DNA of 64,000 nucleotides from Meyerozyma guilliermondii (lineage: Eukaryota), in contig CP128817.1 of the NCBI GenBank assembly GCA_051546255.1, positions 1,364,001 to 1,428,000 of the forward strand. The letters are read 5' to 3'. The notes under the pieces are model-generated. The model saw nothing but the letters and a program-made list of their open reading frames with translations. It was not told where the DNA came from and did not search any database. Within the stretch, counting starts at the first letter, position 1, and every line of letters starts with the position of its first letter. The position numbers were made by a program, and so were the translations under genes. This document shows positions 1 through 10,528 of this stretch, one piece after another.

Positions 1-216
1 GATGACGCCGAGGCTATGAGTCAGGAAGTGGTGAAACGTGAGCAATGGGCCCGTGAAAACAAATTGCGTCGTCAAGATTATACTGGGTTGATTGGCGCTT
101 TGGTAACTAGCCTCGCTTCAGAGTGTAGTGAGAGTGAATGGACCCGTTTGCTCAAGGAAGCAGAGCATAAAGGCCACGTTCGTATGATACAGGATTACAA
201 GAGTATCAGAAGATAG
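1..216 (+). CDS. 3' end of a UCH37/UCHL5-type ubiquitin C-terminal hydrolase (partial, begins before window)
   Basis: Frame 1 is open from base 1 to TAG at 214-216. KREQWARENKLRRQDYTGLIGALVTSLA resembles the UCH37-family C-terminal motif (W..EN..RRHNY..FI..L). The catalytic domain is not in the window. Confidence 0.6.
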   Translation, partial: DDAEAMSQEVVKREQWARENKLRRQDYTGLIGALVTSLASECSESEWTRLLKEAEHKGHVRMIQDYKSIRR

Positions 217-220
217 TTAT

Positions 221-1231
221 TTATTCCACATCACCGAGAGCAAAGAGTCCACCTCCAGGACCACGACTGTGTCTTGAAAAATAATCAAAGTCAATACTTA
301 CGGCATTTCCAAGAAGCACAGCTCTTTGGTCCAACGTGAGCGGGCCCGCGACTGAAGGGTACATGTTGCCAAGACCTTCAAAACTGGCGGGATCCATGCG
401 AATAATATATACACCAGTATCGGTGAACAATTCTCGTCCGAGTCCCACCCAGTTTCTGTCTACCGAAGCTATCACATCACCATTTTCATTCGTTACTGGG
501 AAGTCAAACGATAAGAACGGAGCATCTATAGCTCCAAATTGCTCGTATTCGTCGGTTTCGTCATCTTCCAACTTGAACAAATTATACTTGCGTCGCCAAA
601 GATGCCAACTTTGAATCGACTCCCCGATGATCTCGTGCATCAATTGTCCGTCTCTATCGTACCCGGGTAAGTAGCACTTGATATGTGAATTAATGAATGA
701 AAATGGTCTCTTAATTGTCAAAAGTAAATCGCCGTAATTGTTAAATACATCAATATCGAATGGACGATGTAACCTGAAAAATTGTCGACCAAGAACCTTG
801 AGAAGTCCCATATCTTTTTCTTCCATAAACCCAATCTGGTCTCCTCTCGAGTTCATGATCTTATACCTGTTTGCTTGTTCGAATCCAAGAATCACATTCA
901 TAAATTCCATCTGTCTTTCGATTACCAAAGTTGGCTCCCGAAGTATATCATATATGCCATCTTCCGGGGTTATCAAGCCATTCTTATTGGGAGGAACCTC
1001 AAAAACCGTGTTGAATTGAGATGGTTGGCCCACATGCCCTTTATAATCGGTCGACGGTTGTTCGTGATAATAAAAGTCTTGCTTTTGGCTCAGCTGTTGC
1101 TGCCGTTGTTGAGCAAATTTCCGGACCTCTTCTTCAGATATTTCTCGAGTAATTCTAGTTCTGTTTCTAGCATAGGATCTGGCTGAAGATGCCAAGAGCC
1201 TTCGGCTGAGAAATTGAAGGCGTGAAGTCAT
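221..1231 (-). CDS. AIM25: Mitochondrial phospholipid scramblase-family protein
   Basis: Scramblase motifs LVIERQMEFMNVILGFEQANRY, HRPF, WHLWRRKYNLF and LTLDQRAVLLGNAVSIDFDYFSRHS. Likely start MTSRLQFLSRR (ATG at 1231) with an Arg/Ser-rich presequence; the longer track ORF overlaps SFC1. Confidence 0.9.
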   Translation of the reverse strand: MTSRLQFLSRRLLASSARSYARNRTRITREISEEEVRKFAQQRQQQLSQKQDFYYHEQPSTDYKGHVGQPSQFNTVFEVPPNKNGLITPEDGIYDILREPTLVIERQMEFMNVILGFEQANRYKIMNSRGDQIGFMEEKDMGLLKVLGRQFFRLHRPFDIDVFNNYGDLLLTIKRPFSFINSHIKCYLPGYDRDGQLMHEIIGESIQSWHLWRRKYNLFKLEDDETDEYEQFGAIDAPFLSFDFPVTNENGDVIASVDRNWVGLGRELFTDTGVYIIRMDPASFEGLGNMYPSVAGPLTLDQRAVLLGNAVSIDFDYFSRHSRGPGGGLFALGDVE

Positions 1232-1364
1232 GGCAATTGAAGGTGCTAATGAACCTAAGGACCTTAGGTTGTATGCCGGAAAAGCGAAAAGAAAATGATA
1301 GGAAAATAAACTATGATAGGAAGAGTGAGATGAATATAAACCACGTTTATTAACTTTTGATGCA

Positions 1365-2315
1365 CTACTCCAATTTCTTGTTGTTGTTGGTGATACCAGG
1401 AATATCAGTTTCTCCATTCAACAACCTCTTCATGTATTCATACACGGTAAAGGTGACGGCTTGTCCTGGAGCCACTCTCATGATTCTTGGGGTGATACCC
1501 TTGTACAAGGCAGCGGTTCCCTCTTCCTTGATTAATTGGTTACCAATCTTGACGATTCTGACCAATGCTGAGTCCTTGGATGCATAGGTTGTTTTTTGCA
1601 ACCGGGTCTTGATGGTGTCTAATGGAGCATTCGATAATGGACCCAAAGCACCTGAAATCAAACCAATACCAGATGTTTCCCAAGCAGGCAACGCATCGGT
1701 TCCATGGTATTCTTGTAAACGTTCTTTCAATTTGGAATAAACAGTGAAATTGACACCTTGGTTAGTGGCTTGTCTAGCCGCAGTCAAAGACACACCACGG
1801 TACAACGTGCTGAACCCCTCTTCTTTAACGATAAGGTAGGCTGCGTGGGGTGCATTTCTGTACTTTGGAATGTCCAATGGGTCAGCCATAGAGTGATGTT
1901 GAGCTTGTAATCTAATTTTCACCACCTCCATAGGGTTGACCACCAAGACTGCTTCGGTGATACCAGCTCCCACACCAGCAAGGAATGTGTTTCCAGAGGT
2001 AATTGAACCATCTGGAGCATACAAAAGCGACCGGTAAAATTCATATGACGAGAACCTCAATGCCATTTTGGGGACAATTCCAATCACCACTGCTCCCAAA
2101 CCTTTGTAAAGAGACAAAAATGTCTCCTTTTGCACAATATTGATACCAGTACGAATAAATCCTGGCGGTTTTTTACCCGATTTTCTGTACAATTGCATTC
2201 GAACTTTGACGGTATCCAATGGATGACAACATAATGCCTCAAAGAGACCAGCAGTTCCACCAGCAACCAAGTCGGTGAGACCTCTACCCTTTTTTTGTTG
2301 GTTCTGAGCAGACAT
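1365..2315 (-). CDS. SFC1: Mitochondrial succinate-fumarate carrier
   Basis: Three carrier signatures (PLDTVKVRMQ, PMEVVKIRLQ, PLDTIKTRLQ) and Sfc1-typical LYRGVSLTAARQATNQG and YKGITPRIMRVAPGQAVTF. Confidence 0.95.
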   Translation of the reverse strand: MSAQNQQKKGRGLTDLVAGGTAGLFEALCCHPLDTVKVRMQLYRKSGKKPPGFIRTGINIVQKETFLSLYKGLGAVVIGIVPKMALRFSSYEFYRSLLYAPDGSITSGNTFLAGVGAGITEAVLVVNPMEVVKIRLQAQHHSMADPLDIPKYRNAPHAAYLIVKEEGFSTLYRGVSLTAARQATNQGVNFTVYSKLKERLQEYHGTDALPAWETSGIGLISGALGPLSNAPLDTIKTRLQKTTYASKDSALVRIVKIGNQLIKEEGTAALYKGITPRIMRVAPGQAVTFTVYEYMKRLLNGETDIPGITNNNKKLE

Positions 2316-2400
2316 TGTGAGCTGAATAAATAATTGCGGCGAAGTTTACAAGTTGAAACCGCGGTTTTTGACCGGATGTGATTTACGGCTACTTAAATAG

Positions 2401-2616
2401 TTTTTTGTGGGGGACATCCTTTCCTCCGGGGTACATTGAGGCGCGCACGACTTTCCCCAGGCCGCGGCCTTAGGTCCGGGGTCTTGTGATTCGGCGCCGA
2501 TCCGGGCATGGCCGAATGATGATGAAGATAGTTTCTTGATGATGATTAAATGGCTCTATATTTTAAATTTTCTTGTAAACATAGACAATATATACTTATC
2601 GCGACCGTATGATTGG
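2401..2616. promoter_or_regulatory. SFC1 promoter: Mig1-type site, CCAAT box and CGG-rich Zn-cluster-type sites
   Basis: T-run followed by GTGGGG (2401-2412) fits the Mig1 consensus. ATTGG at 2612-2616 is a reverse CCAAT. Many CGG/CCG triplets lie between 2360 and 2710. Consistent with a glucose-repressed gene; motif match only. Confidence 0.45.
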
Positions 2617-2817
2617 CTGCGAACCTAGCAATCATTACCTCGGACCTTAGCGCGCCCGGCGCGGAACCGGACATACAATCCCATCGGATCAATGCCGTGA
2701 CAGTTCCGGAGTGAAAATTTCAGTCATAGCAGTCTACGGTAGATTTAGATGTTGATTTGAGATGGTAGTTTGGAACTACAGTTTCACTACAGTCTGTAGT
2801 TCGAATAATATATTAGA

Positions 2818-3624
2818 CTAATTGGCACTATTGATTGCAGCACCGGCACTGGCATTGGCGGCAGATTGGTCAACCTTGCGTTGCTCATCGCGCTCCTTTC
2901 TAAGCTCCGTGAGTCTCTTGGCTTCTTCGTGCACTTCACGCACATCTTTGGCCAAGCTTTCGTAAAATCTGTGGATCTTGATACCATAAGGATGGTTTGC
3001 AGCCTTTTCAAAATATTGCGAAAGCCGCGACAGGTAAGATGACTTATTGAAACTGTTGGTCAAGTCGTTGAGTGTAGACTGAGCCTTTTCGATTCCACGG
3101 TTGGCAGTCGAGTCTGGTTGGCTGGAGTGGATGTACTTGGCATCCAAGTCAGCCAAGAATGATTTGAATTTGCCTGAGTATCCCTTTTCTTTGTCAAAAG
3201 AAATTGCCTTTTCAATCAAGTTGTCGGAGACTTGGTATCCCAGAGCAAGCAATTGTGCCATGATAGCATACTTTGGTTTCTCTTCCTGACTGATATCGTC
3301 ATACTTGGAATCACCAGTGGTGGTGGATTCATCTTGAATCTTGTTGTCACTCACTTCCTTTGAAGCACCCGATTCCCCATACTTTGGAGGGGCATCTCCC
3401 TTATTTTCTTCCACCTTGATCGACACACCATTCAATTCCGCATCGTTCAACAAAAGTGCAGTGGTCAATGCCTTTTCCAGCTGAAAATGGATTTCATATG
3501 TCAGGGTCTTTTCGCCCTTGGACACCAAATTGATGGTTTTTATACTTCCACAGAAAGAGAAGAACTCTTGAAGCTTCTCATATGAGATGCTGGAGGGAAT
3601 ATTAGAAGCAATTACTGAAGACAT
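2818..3624 (-). CDS. RRM-domain protein, fungal Vip1-like
   Basis: N-terminal RRM (NIPSSISYEKLQEFFSFCGSI...ALTTALLLNDAEL), QEEKPKYAIMAQLLA and VREVHEEAKRL, typical of the S. pombe vip1-like RRM family. Confidence 0.75.
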   Translation of the reverse strand: MSSVIASNIPSSISYEKLQEFFSFCGSIKTINLVSKGEKTLTYEIHFQLEKALTTALLLNDAELNGVSIKVEENKGDAPPKYGESGASKEVSDNKIQDESTTTGDSKYDDISQEEKPKYAIMAQLLALGYQVSDNLIEKAISFDKEKGYSGKFKSFLADLDAKYIHSSQPDSTANRGIEKAQSTLNDLTNSFNKSSYLSRLSQYFEKAANHPYGIKIHRFYESLAKDVREVHEEAKRLTELRKERDEQRKVDQSAANASAGAAINSAN

Positions 3625-3787
3625 TGATTTTTTAAAATGAGACAGGTGGCTCTTTTATATATATTGGATTTAGCAATCATATGGTAGGGGCTGTGTGCAG
3701 CACGTCATACAAAATATGCGGGGGAGGGAAAAATGGTAGGTTGGTTGGTGCAGGAACAGCTCGAAAAATGTTGGCTGCAAATTGTAA

Positions 3788-4788
3788 CTACAACAATGTT
3801 TGGCCAAGAGCACACCGACCAATGGCACAGGCTGCACTGACGGTGTCCAAGATATGGGCGTCAGTTTGGCCCAAAAGAGGGTTGGTTTCCACAATATCCA
3901 TCGACGACAAAAGACCAGTTTCTGCCACGGCTTCAGCAACAAATAAACCCTCTCTTAAAGTAAGTCCTCCTTCTACTCTAGTACCGGTCGCGGGAACAAA
4001 TGATGGGTCAATTGCATCGACGTCGTAAGACAAATGGATGGGAGCAGACCGGTCAGGATTAATTTTGTCAAGAGCCATCTCCACCACTTTACCTATTCCA
4101 TATTTGTCAATGTGGTACATGGAAAATGCCGGGATGTTGTTTTCACGTAAAATACGCTTTTCTCCATCGTCAACATCTCTCAAGCCGATATAAGCTATTT
4201 TGTTTGGTTTCAAACATTGAGGAACCCATGAGAATTCAGGTGGGTAGCTATCCTTGTCGAGTCCCATCACGAATGACATGGGGCATCCATGGAGGTTTCC
4301 AGACTCGGTGGTTTGAGGAGTGTTGATATCCGCATGGGCATCAATCCACAAAACACAAGTATCTGGACGAGCCGCCATGGTTCCTGCCACAGTAGCGGTG
4401 CCAATAGAATGATCTCCTCCGATAGTTATTGGAAGTCTTCCGCTGGCAACAGAGTTGTTGACGGCATTGTAAATCTTTTGGCAACATTCGCTAACAATTG
4501 CAGCATTTTTGACACCGTATTGATCTTTATCATCGGTCTTCTTGTCTTCGAACGAAGTGTCGTCTAATGGGTTCTCAACCTTAACATCCCAGCCAAGATT
4601 GGCGATCTGCTTTTCAAATCCAGCATTCATGATATACTCAGGACCAAGCTCAACCCCTCCTTTGGGCTGGCCACCAGAAAATGGCGCCGTTATAATTGTC
4701 GCTTTCTTGTGAGGATGAAATTTGTAGGAGACTGTGTTAGCAAAATGATTTTGTGAGCTGAGTGTTTTTTTCACTTACTAGAATCCAT
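3788..4788 (-). CDS. CAR1: Arginase; 2 exons (4779-4788, 3788-4731), 47-nt intron 4732-4778
   Basis: Arginase motifs GGDHS, WIDAHADINTP, GNLHGCP and SYDVDAIDP. ATG GAT TCT A|GTAAGT...TGCTAACACAG|TC TCC TAC gives MDSISYKFHP in frame (317 aa). Confidence 0.95.
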
Positions 4789-5280
4789 AGTAACAGTATT
4801 GAATAATGGTGCTAACGTGCCGCTTTTATAATGAAAACTCCAAGTTCAAGGTATCGTAAACGGCAGCCGACGCCGTGATGGGTGTTCCGGCATCTCCTAC
4901 CGGTTTGGGGCGATGAGCGCGATCGATGCGGATGACTAAGCGAACATAGTCACTACCTCGGACCCCCCCTCGCGTTCTCTTTCCGTCTGTAGCGAGCATC
5001 ATTCTTGGTATTGGCGGTGCCGCGAACGACTATCCGTCGAAATACGTCAGTGAGACGCTATCGGAGTGTAGATAACGCATTAAAACGCCCTAAAATAGCA
5101 TCCAAAAAGAAAGATTACAAAGAGATAATTTTATCCTAAATATTCAAAAGGATATAAACTGAAGTTCTCTCCACTAAAGGAGTTTCCTTCTAGACTTCTT
5201 ACTTTCTACTTCCCTTACTTCCTCTCTCTTACTTCGGAGGATTTCGCGGACTCATCGCGAACGTGCTACCCCACGAACCA

Positions 5281-5286
5281 CACGTG
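5281..5286. promoter_or_regulatory. CACGTG E-box (Pho4/Cbf1-type) upstream of GDE1
   Basis: CACGTGG about 105 bp before the GDE1 ATG; GDE1 is a PHO-regulon gene in yeasts. Confidence 0.55.
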
Positions 5287-5389
5287 GAAACACCACAAAT
5301 TTTTTGGCGCATTGCATAAGCCCCTCAACGTTGGACACTGGTTGTGGTGATAGTCAACTTCACTTAGACTCTCGTTCATTCGCTTCAAT

Positions 5390-8300
5390 ATGAAGTTTGG
5401 GAAAACCTTCTTGACCCACCAGATCCCAGAATGGTCGGTGTGTTATATGAACTATAAGCATCTTAAGAAGATCATCAAGAATATTGACCAACAATTGGAG
5501 TATATTGACACCGTGAAGGTTGATGTTCCAAGTTTTATAACCACTATTCTTTCGGAATACTTTTTCGAACTCGATAGGGATATTGAAAAGGTCAATGAGT
5601 TCTACAATAAACAGTACAAGGAATATAGTCGTCGGTTAGATAAGGTGGTTGCAGTCGTTGGATACAAAGATGGCAAGATCAGTCATCAGATAGAGTCTTC
5701 TGACGAGTTGGATGAAATCATTTCCATCCTTATGGAATTAAGATCCATTTACCGAAACTTGAAATGGTTTGGTGAATTGAACCACAAAGGTTTTGTCAAG
5801 ATCTTGAAGAAATTGGATAAAAAGCTAGAAAAGTTGGCTCAGGCCACAAATCTGGAACTTGGAAATAACCTGGTGACTCTTCCAGTGAACAATAAGGAGA
5901 ACTATCTTTCCACTCGTGTCAATGCCTTACCATTTGCAAACCAGTCTGGATTGTTAAGTGGACTTGATATGATCAACAATCTCCTCAATGACTTGGGTGC
6001 TCAGCACATTGTCACCACCGGCTCCACCAACCAGGCACAAGCTATTGCGTTGTCTACTTCTGTGGACCAGGTATTCCTTCAAGAATATAACGATATTATT
6101 CAACGCGATGACGCCGAGGCACTTTTGGATCAGCTACTGGAGGCTCCTCAGCAGAGGAAAAACCTCAAGTACATGATTTCGTTGTTGAATCGGGCAACGC
6201 TTTCAAATGCCTTAAAGTGTATTGATTTTTTGATTGAGTACTTGTTGGAATTGACCCATTCAAGAAACATCAATGTGCAAAATGCATTGTATGACAAATT
6301 TGACATTAGTGGCAGGAACTTTTTCCACCAACATGTTGTGAGTTTGGGTAAGCGCCAGGTGATCAAAGAACAGAAGCAGATGACTCCAGGTGAATCAACG
6401 GATGTTAGCAGACTTTATGGTAATGAAAGTGGACCAGATGGTAGCCAGCTTCGTCCGGTTCAAGTCAATGGCTTGTGTCATATATTGAACCATATTGAGT
6501 CCAGAGACATTCTCCAGAATGAACTCGGCAAGTTATTGATTGCCAAGGATAATTATGCCAGAACCCCATTACACTATGCCGCTCAGTATGGTTTGAAGGA
6601 TGTTTCAAAGATTTTGCTTGAATATCTCTACAAATGGAAACTTATCAACAGCAATGTGCCAATTGATAACCATGAAATGTGGTGCGATCAAGAAGGTTTG
6701 ACTCCATTGCATTTGTCTATTATTGGAAAGCATCCTATGACCACTGACAACTTAATCATTTATAGTCGGTCTCATTTGTCTTGTCCAAGTTTGCTTCTTT
6801 TGGCAGTTCGTTTGAACTCACCAGAGATATTGGTCAACTTGATTCGCAAGGGCAAAATCGATGTGAATTATACCGATCTCGAGCACAACAACGAAACTGC
6901 GTTGTATATTGCGGCCAAGCATAATTATGTGGAGGTGGTTGAATTTCTTCTTTCTGAGAGAGCTAATACTGAAATTGGTGAAAATGTTTTTGGTTGGACC
7001 CCAATTTTCGTAGCCGCTTCTGAAGGTTATAAAGAGGTGGTACAATTGCTTACTGACGCAGAATGCAAGATCGACATTGTTGATGACTCTGGTTGGTTGC
7101 CCATGGAACATGCCACTTTGAGAGGTCATTTGGATGTGGCAGACATGTTGAAGCCCAAGAATGAAGCCTTACTTCTTTACGATATTGACAATCAGGCGAA
7201 TAACTTGCAACGGATTCCTAACAGCTCTTTAAGCCCTACCCATAACAATGATAGTACTGAAGAATTTGCATTGTCAACTACAAGTGTTGATAGACTTCCG
7301 GAATCCAACAAATCTGCGGTTACTGAAGTATACAAACAACTCCGCCAGTTGGAAGGTACTAATGGCCGTGCAAGTTCAAGGTCAAAATCACCCATGAGCA
7401 GACGTAAGGCAAAGCCCATCAAGTCTTTCGGACATAGATATTTGGCACCTGAAGAACAATTGGTTCTTATTACATTGGGTACTACCGATTTAAGAGACGA
7501 TAGGGAACCCGTTGAACTTAACAAGATCTCCATGACAAAAAGCTTGTTTACAGAACTTGATACTGCCTTGTCTTTGGTTATTACTTGTCGGACTCGCAGC
7601 AATAATGTTGAAGTGGAACCACCAGTGGTTGTTGATCTTCCTCTTGAAGATCACCATGGAAGCGCTACTGATCCTATCACGTTCCAATTGCCACGAAAGA
7701 CAAACATGAACGATATCATTGTCACGTTTGATATTGTTCCAACTTATCAGTACTCGAATGCTCCAATTGCAGTAAACCATCCTTTGCGGAAAGATCAAAA
7801 GATTTTGGGACGTGCTGTTGCTCTCTTGAGCTCTGCTTACACTGGAGTGGGTCCTCATCTTCGCTCATTGAACAATAGTATCACCAGTCCAATTATTGAG
7901 TCTGACTCGTTGGATATCTTGGGTTCGGTGAGATTTGAGTACATGTTTATCAGTCCTTTTGAACATTCAGCTATGAAGTTGTCGAGAAGTGATACTTACT
8001 GGAAACAGTTGGTGTCTACCAGAGTCATCGGACATCGTGGATTGGGTAAGAATGTCAGCAATAAGAAGTCTTTGCAATTGGGAGAAAATACTGTGGAATC
8101 CTTTATCGCAGCAGCATCATTGGGAGCGTCTTATGTTGAATTTGACGTTCAATTGACCAAGGATTTCGTGCCAGTGATTTATCATGATTTCACAGTTGCT
8201 GAGTCTGGTGTTGATATCCCCATGCACGCTCTTACTGCTGAGCAGTTTTTGAATTTGCATGAGGAAGACGAGCGGATTATCAAAGAAAAGAACAAGAAAT

Positions 8301-9163
8301 CATTGAAGGAGAAGATAGTTAATGGATCGAACGACAAGCAGGTCAAGTTTAAAGCCAACTATTCCCTTGATGATGAGATGTTAAGCAAGCTTAATCGTCC
8401 TCGTTCAATGTCTTCGTATCCATCGGCGCCAGATTTCAAGCCAGTCCATGAGCATTTTGATGACGATGAAGATGACGATTTAGACAGAGAGGTCAAAGAG
8501 CATTTCAATCGTCGTATGAAATTGACAAAGACATGGAAGGATAAAGGATTTAAAGGTAACGCTCGAGGTCTTTCGATTGCCTCCAACTTTGTCACCTTGA
8601 AAGATTTGTTTAAGAAATTGCCCAAAAACGTAGGGTTCAATATTGAAATCAAGTACCCTATGTTGGATGAGGCTGAGAAAGAAAGTATGGGAGAGATAGC
8701 CATCGAATTAAACATGTATGTGGACACCATTTTGAAGACAGTTTACGATGAGAATCTCACTGGCAGAGATATCATTTTCTCCTCGTTCCACCCAGATGTC
8801 TGTATGTTACTTTCATTGAAACAGCCTACGATTCCCATTTTGTTCTTGACAGAAGCTGGAACCCAGCCAATGGCAGATATTCGGGCTTCATCGCTCCAAA
8901 ATGCCATTAGATTCGCCAAGAAATGGAATCTCTTGGGTATAGTCAGTGCTGCCAAAACCTTGGTCAAGACTCCTCGGTTGACCCAAGTTGTCAAGTCGTC
9001 TGGACTTGTGTGCGTTACCTACGGTGTGGAGAACAATTCTCCCGAATTGGCCAAGATACAAATGAAAGCCGGTGTAGATGCGGTTATTGCCGATAGCGTG
9101 TTGGCGGTTAGAGAAGGGTTGATTGGTGGGCTGACAAAGGAAGATAGTCCGGAAGAAGCCTGA
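5390..9163 (+). CDS. GDE1: Glycerophosphocholine phosphodiesterase (SPX-ankyrin-GDPD)
   Basis: SPX N-terminus MKFGK..YMNYKHLKK, ankyrin repeats (TPLHYAA, TALYIAA) and GDPD motifs VIGHRGLG, GENTVESF, YVEFDVQLTKD. Confidence 0.96.
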   Translation: MKFGKTFLTHQIPEWSVCYMNYKHLKKIIKNIDQQLEYIDTVKVDVPSFITTILSEYFFELDRDIEKVNEFYNKQYKEYSRRLDKVVAVVGYKDGKISHQIESSDELDEIISILMELRSIYRNLKWFGELNHKGFVKILKKLDKKLEKLAQATNLELGNNLVTLPVNNKENYLSTRVNALPFANQSGLLSGLDMINNLLNDLGAQHIVTTGSTNQAQAIALSTSVDQVFLQEYNDIIQRDDAEALLDQLLEAPQQRKNLKYMISLLNRATLSNALKCIDFLIEYLLELTHSRNINVQNALYDKFDISGRNFFHQHVVSLGKRQVIKEQKQMTPGESTDVSRLYGNESGPDGSQLRPVQVNGLCHILNHIESRDILQNELGKLLIAKDNYARTPLHYAAQYGLKDVSKILLEYLYKWKLINSNVPIDNHEMWCDQEGLTPLHLSIIGKHPMTTDNLIIYSRSHLSCPSLLLLAVRLNSPEILVNLIRKGKIDVNYTDLEHNNETALYIAAKHNYVEVVEFLLSERANTEIGENVFGWTPIFVAASEGYKEVVQLLTDAECKIDIVDDSGWLPMEHATLRGHLDVADMLKPKNEALLLYDIDNQANNLQRIPNSSLSPTHNNDSTEEFALSTTSVDRLPESNKSAVTEVYKQLRQLEGTNGRASSRSKSPMSRRKAKPIKSFGHRYLAPEEQLVLITLGTTDLRDDREPVELNKISMTKSLFTELDTALSLVITCRTRSNNVEVEPPVVVDLPLEDHHGSATDPITFQLPRKTNMNDIIVTFDIVPTYQYSNAPIAVNHPLRKDQKILGRAVALLSSAYTGVGPHLRSLNNSITSPIIESDSLDILGSVRFEYMFISPFEHSAMKLSRSDTYWKQLVSTRVIGHRGLGKNVSNKKSLQLGENTVESFIAAASLGASYVEFDVQLTKDFVPVIYHDFTVAESGVDIPMHALTAEQFLNLHEEDERIIKEKNKKSLKEKIVNGSNDKQVKFKANYSLDDEMLSKLNRPRSMSSYPSAPDFKPVHEHFDDDEDDDLDREVKEHFNRRMKLTKTWKDKGFKGNARGLSIASNFVTLKDLFKKLPKNVGFNIEIKYPMLDEAEKESMGEIAIELNMYVDTILKTVYDENLTGRDIIFSSFHPDVCMLLSLKQPTIPILFLTEAGTQPMADIRASSLQNAIRFAKKWNLLGIVSAAKTLVKTPRLTQVVKSSGLVCVTYGVENNSPELAKIQMKAGVDAVIADSVLAVREGLIGGLTKEDSPEEA

Positions 9164-9254
9164 TATTAGATTATATAGAATTTGACATTTACTGTTCCTG
9201 CATTTCCTGCGCATTCTCATTAAAATAGGAATCGGTAACCTCTAGTTAGCAACA

Positions 9255-10400
9255 ATGGAGAACAAAAATCAGGGTGATCAGCGGAATCCTCGAACAGCTC
9301 CAACCTTTCCCAGCACATCTGTGCCTCGTATACTGGGTATAAATGCCGTCCATGTCAACTCAGCTCGTCAGATGGTACAAATGCATACTAGTGGAAGAAG
9401 ACCGAATCGCGGGGATTCAATGGTAACCAATTCTTCTTCGATAATGGCTTCTAGTACCTTTCCCAGGCCTACCAGTAACGTTTCCGTGCCTGCCAAACTG
9501 GAGCATGGTGTCTGCAATAATCCTCAATGCGATCATTGTGGCCAAGTGATCATTCCGTCGCCCAAATCGTCGTTTCCCATCGTAGACCAACCATCGATAA
9601 CAGTGAGCGATTGGAGCATATACCGTATAAAGAAGCCTATTTTGAGCTCGTCAGAATTAGATGCGTTAGAACTGCGGTTCGAGTTTCCTATGCCCGAAAT
9701 GATCTTTGGAAACAGTTCGATAAAGCTACAAAACGATAAAAATGGTGCAACGATAGAGTTCAATGGTTTGGATGCGTTGGATACTCTTGAATCCGGGTCG
9801 GACCTTAGAGTCAGCTACCATAAAGAATGGCTTGACTCCCGACGGTCGACTTCACCGTCTCATAAACCGATAGATGTTCGCGAAAGAGCCACCAAAGATT
9901 TGGGTGGTCTCACATCTCTCGAGTCAGTTAAACCCTACGACTGGACATATTCTACAAATTACAAAGGAACTGTGAAAAATGCCGAATTTGTTCCTTGCAA
10001 TGAAGAATTACCACTCCAAAAGCTTCTCAGACCAGATCCCATTCTTTTTTTCGATGAGCTGATTCTATTTGAGGACGAACTAGGAGACAATGGAATATCC
10101 ATGCTTTCGACCAAAATAAGAGTAATGCACACATGTGTTCTTGTCCTATGTCGCTTCTTTTTGAGAATTGATAATGTCATCTTCAGAGTAAGGGATACTC
10201 GCATCTACATTGACCTTGAAACTAACAAGGTTTTGAGAGAATACAAGATCCAAGAATGTCCTTACGACCAAGTTTTGCAGAAAATAAAAGCCAAAGTGGT
10301 TGCAGATCCAAAGAGTCTAATGCGAGATGTCAATTGGATCGCACAAAACATCCCCGTTTTATCCTGTGAGGTGGAAACCATTCCTGAGGAAGGTACCTGA
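9255..10400 (+). CDS. TIP41: TOR/PP2A regulator Tip41
   Basis: PEMIFG, KPYDWTYSTNYKG, ILFEDELGDNGIS and RFFLRIDNVIFRVRDTR. Confidence 0.93.
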   Translation: MENKNQGDQRNPRTAPTFPSTSVPRILGINAVHVNSARQMVQMHTSGRRPNRGDSMVTNSSSIMASSTFPRPTSNVSVPAKLEHGVCNNPQCDHCGQVIIPSPKSSFPIVDQPSITVSDWSIYRIKKPILSSSELDALELRFEFPMPEMIFGNSSIKLQNDKNGATIEFNGLDALDTLESGSDLRVSYHKEWLDSRRSTSPSHKPIDVRERATKDLGGLTSLESVKPYDWTYSTNYKGTVKNAEFVPCNEELPLQKLLRPDPILFFDELILFEDELGDNGISMLSTKIRVMHTCVLVLCRFFLRIDNVIFRVRDTRIYIDLETNKVLREYKIQECPYDQVLQKIKAKVVADPKSLMRDVNWIAQNIPVLSCEVETIPEEGT

Positions 10401-10528
10401 AACCAACGGTTCTAGACTAATTGGCATCTATGAATTTCCCACCATTGGCTATACCCAAATCTTGTGTTTCCTGCACATAGATCTTGGTCGTGTCAACGCT
10501 TTGAGATTTTTCACCGCTTCTTTCTCCA

